Below are positions 38,203 through 48,893 of a stretch of 64,000 nt of DNA, piece after piece; the first letter of the stretch is position 1, and each line of letters begins with the position of its first letter. Source of the stretch: Callorhinchus milii (taxonomy: Eukaryota); contig NW_024704742.1 of assembly GCF_018977255.1 (NCBI RefSeq), forward strand, positions 123,444,001 to 123,508,000, read 5' to 3'. Below the pieces are notes generated by a model. That model saw only the letters and a list, made by a program, of their open reading frames with translations. It was not told the DNA's origin and did not search any database. A program made the translations under genes and the position numbers.

Positions 38203-38860
38203 TGCTTGTCTGGCAAGCGTGAGGACCCCCGTTCGATTCCCAGGTGGAGCAAACCTTGGGCAAGTATCCTTACTCCACACATCTGTTTACCTAGCAGTAA
38301 GTTGGAACCCAGTTGTTAGTCGATTGGCGGATCCCTATCCCTCTCTCTCCAAATAATAAATAAGGTCACTCAATTCACAATTTGTAAATCACTGCTTTGT
38401 GTGATTGGCTGCCACGTTTCGCCCACAAATAGTCAATCCACTTTACAATATATTCTGTGAAATGCTTTGGAGATGTCTCAACAATGTGATAAGGCGCTAT
38501 ATCAAATGCAGGGAATATTATTATATTATTATTTGTGGACGAATGTGGCAGCCAATTTGCACAATGATGTCCGCATGAAATGAATAATCAATTTTTATTG
38601 CAGGAGGATTGTTGGCCCGGACACACAGAGAAACTCCCTTATCTTTTCAAATAGTGCCATGAGACCTTAAATGTCCACCTGAACAGGCAGACCGGACCTT
38701 GGTTATAAGTCTCATCCAAAGGACAGCACTTCTTGACAAAACCTCCAGCACTGCATTGGAGTGCTGCATTACCCTATCCAAGTTCAAGTCCCGACGTGGG
38801 GATTGAACCCACAATCTTCTAACTCAGAGGCAAGAGTGCTACCAACTGAGCCAGGCTGAT
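38203..38860. mobile_element. Young SINE (+, 38203-38532) abutting an older Deu SINE (-, ~38533-38860)
   Basis: Family matches. Confidence 0.85.
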
Positions 38861-38915
38861 CCCCAGACAACTTACAGATCCACAGTGCAAATGTGTTCAA
38901 TTTAAACACCCTCAC

Positions 38916-38996
38916 CTGGATGATTTGCAAACCCTCTCCTTGCACTAAAGCTACCTCTACCAACAGGAGGGCCGTCTCCACTTGCTTTTTCAATGG
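38916..38996 (-). CDS. ddx4: DDX4 coding exon 6 (AIEKASGDGPPVGRGSFSARRGFANHP)
   Basis: ttctttatacag acceptor, CAG|gtgagg donor, 81 nt phase 1-1. Confidence 0.85.
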
Positions 38997-40201
38997 CTGT
39001 ATAAAGAAAATTAGCATTTAGGATCTCACAAACTAGGTGAAGCTACCCTAAATAAAATCTTCATGTACCACAAACCATACACCAAACATTTAAAGCAGGT
39101 TCTTTAGAAAAAATTCTATGACTCGGAAAAGTAGATTCCTTGGTGAATAACTCAAGATTCCAGTGTCACTAACTATTTTTAAATGTCTGTTCTCTCTATC
39201 CATCACCTCACCTGGGATTAACCTATTTTTGAAATGCAGGAGTGCTATGAATCTATCCTTGAGAGATTTTTTTTGCTAATAGGAAAGAATAGAGATCTAG
39301 AAAAAGTGTCTACTTGCGACTAATGGCATGGATTCAATAATCAGGAATTAAGTTTCAATCTAAACTATAGATACCCTATGATATGTTGATCTTTCTCAGT
39401 CAAGTACAGAAACATAAATTTAACATGCATAAGACGGGTTGCTGGATGATTTTTTTCTAATATCGTTCAAAACGTACACAAATTGAAGAGGTTTCAATTC
39501 AATATGAAAAAATTGATTGCATCCATTTTCACATAATTTCACAAACCCACAGAAATCATAGTAATTATATAAAATGAAAAACAAAAATTGTGACTTTTGT
39601 TGAACAAATTGCTCCCCAAACATTGTGACTTTTGTTGAACAAATTGCTCCCCAAAGAATTCCACTCAGAGCAGACAACCGTGTTTTCCAACCCATGCTCC
39701 TGGCATAATAATAATCCTTGCATTTGATTATAACAACAACTTGGATTTATATAGCATCCTCCACGCCAGACGGCGTCTCAGAGCGCTTCACAGTAACGGA
39801 TTACAGGGCCGTGCCAGGGGGAGTGGGAGGAAGGTGACCAAAGGCGCGATTATAGCACCTTATCATGTCTTCAAGTCGTCTCAAAAGCACTTCACAGAAT
39901 ATACTGTAAAGTGAAACTAAATATATTCCTTGTAATAATAATAATCCCAAAATTTGATATTGCGCTTATCACATCAATGCAGGTGCTTATGAAGAAATGC
40001 TAGGACTTAGAAAGCTCTTCACAGTACAGATTGTAAAGTGAATCAACTGTATTTTGAGGGCGAATTGCACAATTTTCTTTTTAGAAAGTACTAAAACAAC
40101 ATTCCGTAGACTCACAACAGAACATGGAAGAAAGAAAACACAGCGTCGAGGATTCCTAAGAACTAAAAGTTACAACATCTGTAGGTTTTCATGGTCAGTA
40201 C

Positions 40202-40315
40202 CATTCTGTGGGCTGGATCTCGGAAATCCCCCACGGTTACCTCTTCCAAAGCCGCATCCTCTAACAACTCTGCTGCCAAATTCACTTTCATTTACTGTGG
40301 TTGTTTCGGCAAAAC
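40202..40315 (-). CDS. ddx4: DDX4 coding exon 5 (GFAETTTVNESEFGSRVVRGCGFGRGNRGGFPRSSPQN); alternative acceptor would start at 40321
   Basis: RG/RGG/FG-rich frame; acceptor ttgcag, donor G|gtactg; 114 nt phase 1-1. Confidence 0.85.
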
Positions 40316-40465
40316 CTGCAACTGCATTACAACAATATTATAATGTAGTATTAAAAAATGGGTATTGAAAACATACTGTATTACTAGCCAAGATCTGTGA
40401 ATTAATGCGATAGAAATAGCTTATTATGAATCAAAGCCACTCACTCACCAAAACACAGTGGCTGC

Positions 40466-40952
40466 AACATAAGAACATAAGAAATAGGAGCAGGAGTAGG
40501 CCATTCAGCCCCTCAAGCCTGCCCCACCATTTAATAAGATCATGGCTGATCTTCTAACCTAATTCCATTTACCCGTCCTATCCCCATATCCCTTAATCCC
40601 TTCAGTTTTTAAAAATCTATCGATCTCAGTCTTGAAGATGTTCAATGACTGAGCATCCACAGCCTTCTGGGGTAGAGAATTCCATAAATTCACTACCCTC
40701 TGAGTGAAGAAATGTTTTCTCAACTCAGTTCTAAAGGGCTGACCTTTAATCCTGAGACTATGACCCCTAGTTTCAGATTTTCCAACCAGGGGAAACAGTC
40801 TCACAATATCTATCCTGTCAAGACTCTTAAGAATCTTATAGATCTTATAGATCTTATAAAGATCACCTCTGATTCTTCTATATTCTAGAGAATATAGGCC
40901 TAGTCTACTCAACCTCTCCTCGTAGGTCAACCCCCTCATCCCAGGAACCAAC
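40466..40952 (-). mobile_element. CR1 LINE 3' end (ORF2 C-terminus plus 3'UTR)
   Basis: LYSLEYRRIRGDL, HFFTQRVVNLWNSLP; CTTATGTT-type tail. Confidence 0.95.
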
Positions 40953-41126
40953 AGTGATGGATATCATGAAACTTTTAAACAAGAGGGGGAAAGAAGGCTG
41001 GGAACATAACTGCTATAACTGTCATCAAACAAGGAATTAAACTAGTCTAAGACACAAAAGTCAGTGGCTACCAAATTTTATTCTTGCCCCTCCACAAAAT
41101 GGTGTGCACTAAAACAAATAACTCAC

Positions 41127-41186
41127 CGGGCTGTTTCTCAAATATGTAGCTGCTGTTTGTATCAAAGCCATTCCCATCTCCAGATC
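41127..41186 (-). CDS. ddx4: DDX4 coding exon 4 (GSGDGNGFDTNSSYIFEKQP)
   Basis: ttttaag acceptor, G|gtgagt donor, 60 nt phase 1-1. Confidence 0.8.
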
Positions 41187-41760
41187 CTTAAAATTTAAAG
41201 AAAAACACAATATTAACTCTTAATTTAACAGGAGTGGGAGGAAATCTGAAGACTGGCTTCAGTGAGAAAAATCAGAATATACAACTAAAATCAATTCCAA
41301 ACACATTTTAACATTCTCAACCACAGCTGATTTTTTGTTTTGATTCTTCAAAGTGACTATGCATCACTAAGAGAGGGAGATTTCCTCCCTTATGCCATTT
41401 GAGTCCAACACTGGGCAGGTAAAACCTGGCTTGAGAACATACACTTGTTCTCCTTCTGTGGGGAGAATTTGCTGCTTCAAAAGAGAAAATCAAAATGCAC
41501 AAGTATTACCTGGATACAAATGGTGCCTCTTAAAATTGGAATTCACTACTGACCTGTACAGCTCACTGGCCCACCAACATGCTGTTCCTTAGACACGTGC
41601 AATTAAGTAATTTATGGAGAGAGAATGTTTAGGGCCACTACATTAGGGTGAAACGTTGGTAATGTTTCCAACAATAAATTAAGTGATGAATTCCACCAAA
41701 CTGCATTGCAACAGGTATCAATTTCATTATAGCATGTTGGTACCAATGTTAAATAAGGTT

Positions 41761-43160
41761 AACATAACATGTAGGAGCAGGAGTAGGCCATTCGGCCCTT
41801 CGAGCCTGCCCCGCCATTCAATCATGGCTGATCTTCTAATCTAACTCCAGCTAATAACCTGACCCTGCCTTATCCCCATATCCCTTAATCCCTTTTGCAA
41901 CAAGAAATCTTTCTATCTCAGTCTTGAATATGGTTAAGGACTGAGCGTCAACAGCGCTTTGGGGTAGCAACTTCCATACATTCACCACCCTTTGAGTGAA
42001 GAAGTTCTTCCTCAACTCAGTGCGAAAGGGCTGCCTTTGATTTTAAGGTTGTGACCCCTGGTTTTAGTTTCTCCAACCAGGGGAAACAATCTCCCACTAT
42101 CTACTCTATCATGCCCTTTGATGATCTTATAGGTTTCTATAAGATCCCCTCTAATTCTTCTATATTCTAGAGAATATAGGCCCAAATTGGTCAGCCTATC
42201 CTTGTAACTCATCCCCTTCATCCCTGGTACTAACCTAGTAAATCTATGCTGCACCCTCTCCAAAGCAAGTACGTCCTTCCTTAAATAAGGAGACCAAAAC
42301 TGCACACAGTATTCCAGGTGTGGTCTCACCAGGGCCCTATACAGTTGCAGCAAGACTTCCCTACTCTTATACTCTAATCCTTTCATAATGAATGCTAACA
42401 AACCGTTCGCCTTCCTAATTGCTGCTGCACCTGCAGACTAACTTTCTGTGATTGGTGTACAAGGACACCCAAGTCCCTCTGGACGCTAACACATTCCAAT
42501 CTCTCCCCTTCTAAAATATAACCCGTTCTACTATTTTTGCTACCTAGGTGGATGACTTCGCACTTCCCTACATTATACTTCATCTGCCACCTACCTGCCC
42601 AATCACCTAACCTATCTATGTCTCACTGCATTTTTTTAATGCCGTCCTCTGTATTGACACTTCCTCCTAGTTTTGTGTCTAGATCGTTGATATAGATGGT
42701 AAATAGCTGAGGCCCAAGGACTGATCCTTGTGGCACTCCACTAGTCACATCCCGCCAATCTGAAAAGGACCCATTTATCCCTACTCTTTGTTTCCTACCC
42801 GTTAACCATTCCCCAATCCACATTAATATGCTCCCCCCAATTTCATGGGCCCTTATCTTTTGGACTAACCTTTTATGCGGCACCTTATCGAATGCCTTCT
42901 GGAAGTCCAAATAACCACATCCACTGATTCACCCTTATCTAGTTTACTCAAAATATCCTCAAAAAACTCTATGAGATTTATCAAACATGACTTCCCTTTT
43001 ATAAAGCCATGTTGACTTGGCCTAATTATATTGTGCTCCCCTAAATACCGGACTACCACATCCGTAATCAACGATTCTAAAAATTTTCCTATCACTGATG
43101 TGAGACTAACTGGCCTATAGTTCCCCATCTTTTCCTCCACCTTTTTTAAATAGGTTGACA
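41761..43160 (-). mobile_element. CR1 LINE, ~1.4 kb 5'-truncated, RT with frameshifts
   Basis: [42 protein letters not shown]. Confidence 0.96.
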
Positions 43161-43238
43161 CCAATGGAAAAACAAACATTTTACAGAAGCAACACAAACA
43201 AGAGTTGGGCAAATTAAAAGCATCAGTGTGGATCTTAC

Positions 43239-43319
43239 CTTGCTTCCCAAATCCACCAAATCCAGTGCTATTGCCAAATGTATTGCTACATCTCTTCCCA
43301 AAATTTGCTGCTTCAGAAC
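43239..43319 (-). CDS. ddx4: DDX4 coding exon 3 (GSEAANFGKRCSNTFGNSTGFGGFGKQ)
   Basis: ttcctcttaag acceptor, G|gtaaga donor, 81 nt phase 1-1, FG-rich. Confidence 0.85.
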
Positions 43320-44714
43320 CTTAAGAGGAAATCAAACGCACAAGAAACATTGTGACAAGAGCTAAACAACATACCAACCACCCCAAAGTCTTCCAGCGCT
43401 TATTGTTGTATTTTTCTCATTAGCAACATGAAAGTGTACGTTTCTGTAAAGCTTCTTTAGAGCTTCGGTACTTAGTTAAATTAGCGTCATTCTTTGCCTC
43501 CTACCCCCACCAAGAACAATGTTTCAGGGTCCATACAGTCTCACTATCTAGTGGTATCTGGGTCAGAAGATTGTGTTCAAGTCCACATCAAGCTCTGACT
43601 TCAGTGTAGGCTGACATCAGATCGGGGGATTTGGACCTGAGCTGGGGATCAGGAGGGGGGCAGGGGTAGGAAGATGATCAAAGGGGTGGCCAAAAAGGAG
43701 GGTCTTGTGATGGGCCTTGAAGGAGGCAACGGAGGGAGCGAGACAAAGAGACTGGGATGTAATTCCAAAGGGTAGAGGGAGAGAGGCTAAAGGCCTGACT
43801 GCCGATAATGGGGCAGGCTGGGCAGGAGAAATAGTAGTTATGTACATACCCTCACCCTGACCACTTCCCCCCTGCTCGGGTCCTGACCCAACTGTACAGC
43901 GCCTTCGGACGTCCTCCTGACGTGAAAGGCGCTCAATAAATGGAATCTTGTTGTTGTTGTTGTTATGTAGTTAATATAATTTACACTGGGGTGGGTTTTG
44001 TGGGCAATGATTTGCAAGTATCCAACATAACTAGGTTTAAAATATGCACCTTATTAGGAAACGGTGGTGGTATGTTTTTCAGTTCCATTAAGACCACCCA
44101 TTTCAGACCTCCCCACTGACAACAACAAAATTACATTTATAGAGCGCCTTTCACGTCGGGAGGACGTCCCAAAGAGCTGGAACTGCTCAATTGACATCAA
44201 CTCAGTTGGAAATAGCACTGTTCTGCAGTCTTATTATTCCATATTGACAACTGTAGGGCATTAAAGCTAAGAAAAGTCAGCTACGACACTAACACAGGCC
44301 ACTTCAGGCATTATTTATATTTGATACTGAAACAGTATCCCCTCTCATCTGCCCTGACCACTCCAGATATTAAAGCTACACAAGTGTGCGCATCAGGAAC
44401 TTTGAGTGTTTACAAAGCAATAGTGACACCCAGTGGCAAAATATTAGAAATGCTTTATAATATTATAAAAGTAATTATTTGGTCATTCAATCCGCAAAGG
44501 TTTGTGGGACACTGCTGTGCGCAACTGGCTGCTGCGTTTCACCCATAAAACATAGTCAATTACAGTATATTCTGTGAAGCGCTTTAAGACGTCAGGCACT
44601 ACATTAAATGTAAGAATTATTTTTAGTGTTAATATAATAAAATTGGCATAACATTATAACCAAAGTATCAATCTTTCCTGTTGTTCACTGAAGTGGTAAG
44701 TGCATTGATCAACA

Positions 44715-45050
44715 GTAGACCATTCAGCCCCTCAAGCCTGTTCATGGCTGATCTGTACCTCAACTCCAATTGCCCACCCTTGCCTCATATCCCTTGGTAC
44801 CCTGACCTAACAAATAGCTATCCATCTTGATCTTGAAAATGTGAATGGATACAGCATCCACAGCCTTTTGGGGGAAGAGTGTTCCAGATTTCCACTACCC
44901 TTTGGGTGCAAAACTGCCTAATTTTACTCGTAACCTCTAATTTAAGATGATGCTCCCTTATTCTGGGCTCCCTACCATAGGAAATAGTTTCCGTGTATCT
45001 ATCCTATCAAATCCCTTTATTATTTTAAAAACCGCAAATTGATCATTTAA
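44715..45050 (-). mobile_element. CR1 LINE 3' fragment, degenerate
   Basis: CCATTCAGCCCCTCAAGCCTG...CCACAGCCTTTTGGGG. Confidence 0.8.
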
Positions 45051-45061
45051 AAACCTCAAAC

Positions 45062-45104
45062 CGACACTAAAATTGTCTGTTTGAATCAGAATCTGAGATT
45101 CTGC
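45062..45104 (-). CDS. ddx4: DDX4 coding exon 2, tentative (AESQILIQTDNFSV-G)
   Basis: Strong acceptor ttgcttttttaaatag, weak donor G|gtttga; best phase 0-to-1 exon I found linking exon 1 to the phase-1 exons. Confidence 0.5.
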
Positions 45105-45957
45105 CTATTTAAAAAAGCAAACGTGATCTTCAAAATCACTAGAAGATTGGAAACTAAACTGATAACAGCTCAAGTACACAGAGCACAAACAACTTGATAT
45201 ACGTAATCTGAGTTTCAACACAGGCCTCCACTTAAAAATGAAAAAAACTTCACTTTTGAGAATTTTCACTCTGTTACAAAGAAACTGCACTTCTTTCCAG
45301 AAAATGCCATAAACAGTTTATTTCTACAAACCAAATACAAATTTCAAGATCGCACAAAAGACTGTAAACATCCCTTAGCTGGAGAAATCTGCTGCTCAGT
45401 TGTATGTTGTCAAATTCAATCCGAACCCTCTCTCAAGTGCAGTTCAACATAAATAAACTGATTTTGGAATGAGAGAAAATACCAATTTTAAAATCATGTA
45501 AACACGTGTGTGTGGGAAGTAGCATTTGACTGATTATATAGGTGTATAGCCTTTTACAAAACAAGTTCTACCCATTTCTAATCGCCCTCTACCCAGTTTC
45601 AAACTGAATTTTAAAATGGGGACTTAGCATACCATTAACATTATAAATTGCTGTATACACTGCATTTTAACACTAGACATGCTACAATTAGCCTACCAAA
45701 GGTACACTGCACTTAACAGTAATTAACAAAGCACAAGTTCTCTCTCTCTCTCTCTCATTCGAACCAGATGAGACTTGTTATAAATTTCTTCCTTTTCTCA
45801 CCTTCAGCGGGCATGGGATAAATTACAGCATCGTAGGGTACAAAAACTGACCTTGCCACCAGATTTAAGCAATCATGATGAAGATCAGATTTCGCTATGG
45901 TTATTCACTTGTGCTTTGTTTAATAAGATTTTTGAAATATTTTAACATAAAATGTTA

Positions 45958-46247
45958 TGTCCTATAGCTCAGTGGTTAGAGCACTTGCCTCGCAAGCGAG
46001 AGACAATTCCCGGCAGAGCAAAACCTTAGGCAAGTTTCCTTACCACACACCTGATAATAATCCCTCAAGAAAAAAAAACAATTTGATCACTTCAATCCAC
46101 GATTGTTTGTGGGACACTGCTGTGTGTAATTGGCTGCCGCGTTTCGCTCACAAATATAGTCAATTCACTTTACAGTATATTCTGTGAAACGCTTTAAGAC
46201 GTCTTAAAGACATGAAAAGCGCTATATCAAATGCAAGGAATATTATA
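45958..46247 (+). mobile_element. Young SINE with internal deletions
   Basis: Family match. Confidence 0.85.
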
Positions 46248-46761
46248 ATATGCCCAATTAACGTTTCCTATTAGAAATGGATAGGTGTATGGCTTGAGAA
46301 CAGTAATAACAACCGTTGCATTTGATATAGAACCTTATCGCAACAAAACGTCTCAAAGACTTTCTCTGTGAAGTATAAGAGACATGGGAGCTAATTTCCA
46401 CACAGCGGAATCCCAGGATATGAATGAATGATTTTTTAAATCTGGGAATTGACAGTTTCGACACCAGGAGAAACTCCCTTCTCTTTTCAAATTGTGGTGC
46501 TCACCTGAATAAACTGGATATAGGAATAGGTACAGATCGTGCCACAAGACACTGGGGGGAGGAAGTAATTATCCAGAAGCTATGATTGAATAAATGAGGG
46601 GAAATACTTTATTAATACTGGGATAGGAGAATACAGCTGATGGATGGAGATAATAATAATAATCCTTGCATTTGATGGTTAAGGTCTAGTCCATATCTTG
46701 AAAGGAACAGGGCTTTATTGTATCCCTTTTCACACTCATTTGTACAGATTTTTAAAAAATA

Positions 46762-47155
46762 TAAAATAATCCTTGCATTTGATATAGCGCCTTATCACGT
46801 CTTCGAGACGTCTCAAAGCACCTCACAGAATATACTGTAAAGTGAAGTGACTATATTTGTGGGCCAAACGCGGCAGCCAATTGCGTACAGCAATGTCCCA
46901 CAAACAGTAGTGGACTGAAGTGACCGAAGGAAATATTGATACTTTGGTTATATTATGCCAACTTTATTATATATTATATTAACAATAAAAACAATTATGC
47001 ATTTGATGTAGTGCCTTATCAAGTCGTTGAGATGTCTTAAAAGCACTTCACAGAATATACTGTAATTGACTACGTTTTGTGGGCGAAATCCAGCAGCCAA
47101 TTGCGCACAGAGGTGTCCCACAAACCACTGCAGACTGAATGACCAAATTATTATT
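46762..47155 (-). mobile_element. Two SINE 3' fragments
   Basis: Family tail matches. Confidence 0.8.
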
Positions 47156-47619
47156 TGCACAAATTGGTGTTGATCTCAAATGTGTGTGTAAACCAGCCTT
47201 TGTTCCCTTGAGCACTGAAAGACTCTACAATACCCTACCTTTTGACTCAAATATCTGATTACCATTGATAGCACCTTCTTTCACTGGAGATCTAAGGCCA
47301 GCCTAGATTGGAGAAAAACAAACATTCAATATTCAATTTGAAAAGAAAAGTAATTTAATATATAAATGTAAGTTTTTCTTGCAAATAATGCCCTACATCT
47401 AAAGTAACTCCTCTGAGCACTTCATAGGGACGAGGTTGGCCACAATAATAATAATAATAATAATAAAAGCTGGGGCAGAAGAGGGATGCAGCAGAGGCGT
47501 GCTCAAGAGAGGTAGGATTTGAAAAAAGCTTAAACAACAGAAAGAGAGGAGTCGAGACAGAGAGTTGCAGAGATTAGGGGCATATGAACTGAAGGCTCTG
47601 CGTTCAAATACATCTCAAA

Positions 47620-48494
47620 CCAGTGACTCCAGATTGGCCGATGTTCTTTCGGTTTGTCTGGAAGACATCAGGGCCTGGATGAGTGAAAACATCCTACAAC
47701 TAAAGACGGAAGCCATAATCATTGGCTCCTATCAACGTCTTCTATCCTGCGGGTCTGACCTCCTCAACCTCCCTGGCCTAGCCTCAGACTGAACAAACCA
47801 GTGCACAACCTAGACATTTGGTTTGACCCACTGCTGTCCTTCTTTACCCACATCCAGTCCCTAACCAGGACCACTTTCTTCCACCGCTGTCATATTGTGC
47901 GCTTCCAACCGTACCTTAACCCAGACGCAGCCGAAACACCTGTGCATGTGTTCATCACCTCCCAATTCAACTTCTCAAATGCCCTATTTGTCAGTCTCCC
48001 CAGCTCCACAATGCACAGGATCCAGCCGATCCAAAATTCTGCTGCCTGCATACTCACCCATACTGAACTATATGCCCATCACACCAGTTCTAGCCAGGCT
48101 TTACTGGCTCCCTATCGTCGAATGCATCATAAAATAATGGCAATCCTCAGACTCGTTTTCAAATCCTTTCATCCCCTGGCACCTCCCTACCTCTCCGACC
48201 TGCTTACCCCGCAACCCACAACCTCTGCTTGACTGGCTCCAGCCTTCTGCATGTCCTTCTTGCCCTCCGTTCCATCGTTGGTGGAGGCGCTTTTAGCCAC
48301 TATGTCCCGAAACTCTAACACACTCCTCCTCTATCCCTCTGCATTAACCATTCCTTCCTCATCTTTAGGTCGTGCCTGAAGACCTTCCTATTTGATCTTG
48401 GCTACGGTCACCTCCCTCCCAGCTCGGAGTCGTGCTCCACCACTGTCAAGCATTCTGGGAAGCTACCCTGCTATATAAATGCAAGTTGTTGTTG
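47620..48494 (+). mobile_element. L2 LINE 3' portion ending just outside the donor of ddx4 coding exon 1
   Basis: DIRAWMSENILQL, IQNSAACIL, YWLPI; tail ATATAAATGCAAGTTGTTGTTG. Confidence 0.9.
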
Positions 48495-48501
48495 ACCATA
48501 C

Positions 48502-48570
48502 CATGTCAAAGAACGATGGAATAACTGCAGTGGGTTCAGTTCCAAACTCTGCATCCCAATCTTCTGCCAT
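48502..48570 (-). CDS. ddx4: DDX4/vasa coding exon 1 (MAEDWDAEFGTEPTAVIPSFFDM); exon begins at 48587 with 17 nt of 5'UTR
   Basis: ACCATGG Kozak; Vasa-type N-terminal EDWDAE motif; acceptor ttgcag at 48588, donor ATG|gtatgg; 69 nt, phase 0. Confidence 0.9.
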
Positions 48571-48706
48571 GGTATTCCAGTATTTATCTGCAACACAGTT
48601 ACAGGATCTGTGCACAAAACAGGAGCGAGGGGAAATCAAAAGTCAAAAGCAAGTATGCATGATTCTGAATAAAGTTATGGGAGCTGGGTGGGGGGGGGGC
48701 GTGAGG

Positions 48707-48893
48707 GGAAGAGGAGTGCGGGGAGGAAGAGGAGTGCGGGGAGGAAGAGGAGTGCGGGGAGGAAGAGGAGTGCGGGGAGGAAGAGGAGTGCGGGGAGGAA
48801 GAGGAGTGCGGGGAGGAAGAGGAGTGCGGGGAGGAAGAGGAGTGCGGGGAGGAAGAGGAGTGCGGGGAGGAAGAGGAGTGCGGGGAGGAAGAG
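48707..48893 (+). repeat. Perfect 18-bp minisatellite (GGAAGAGGAGTGCGGGGA) x10 plus a partial unit
   Basis: Counted directly. Confidence 0.98.

Noticed and set aside
44050..44115. Vasa exon candidate
   Set aside because: Stop codons in the phase-1 frame; acceptor derives from an L2 tail
45802..45894. Additional vasa exon (open phase 1-1, good donor gtgaga)
   Set aside because: Purine-rich poor acceptor, non-Vasa-like composition, and phase incompatible directly after the phase-0 first coding exon
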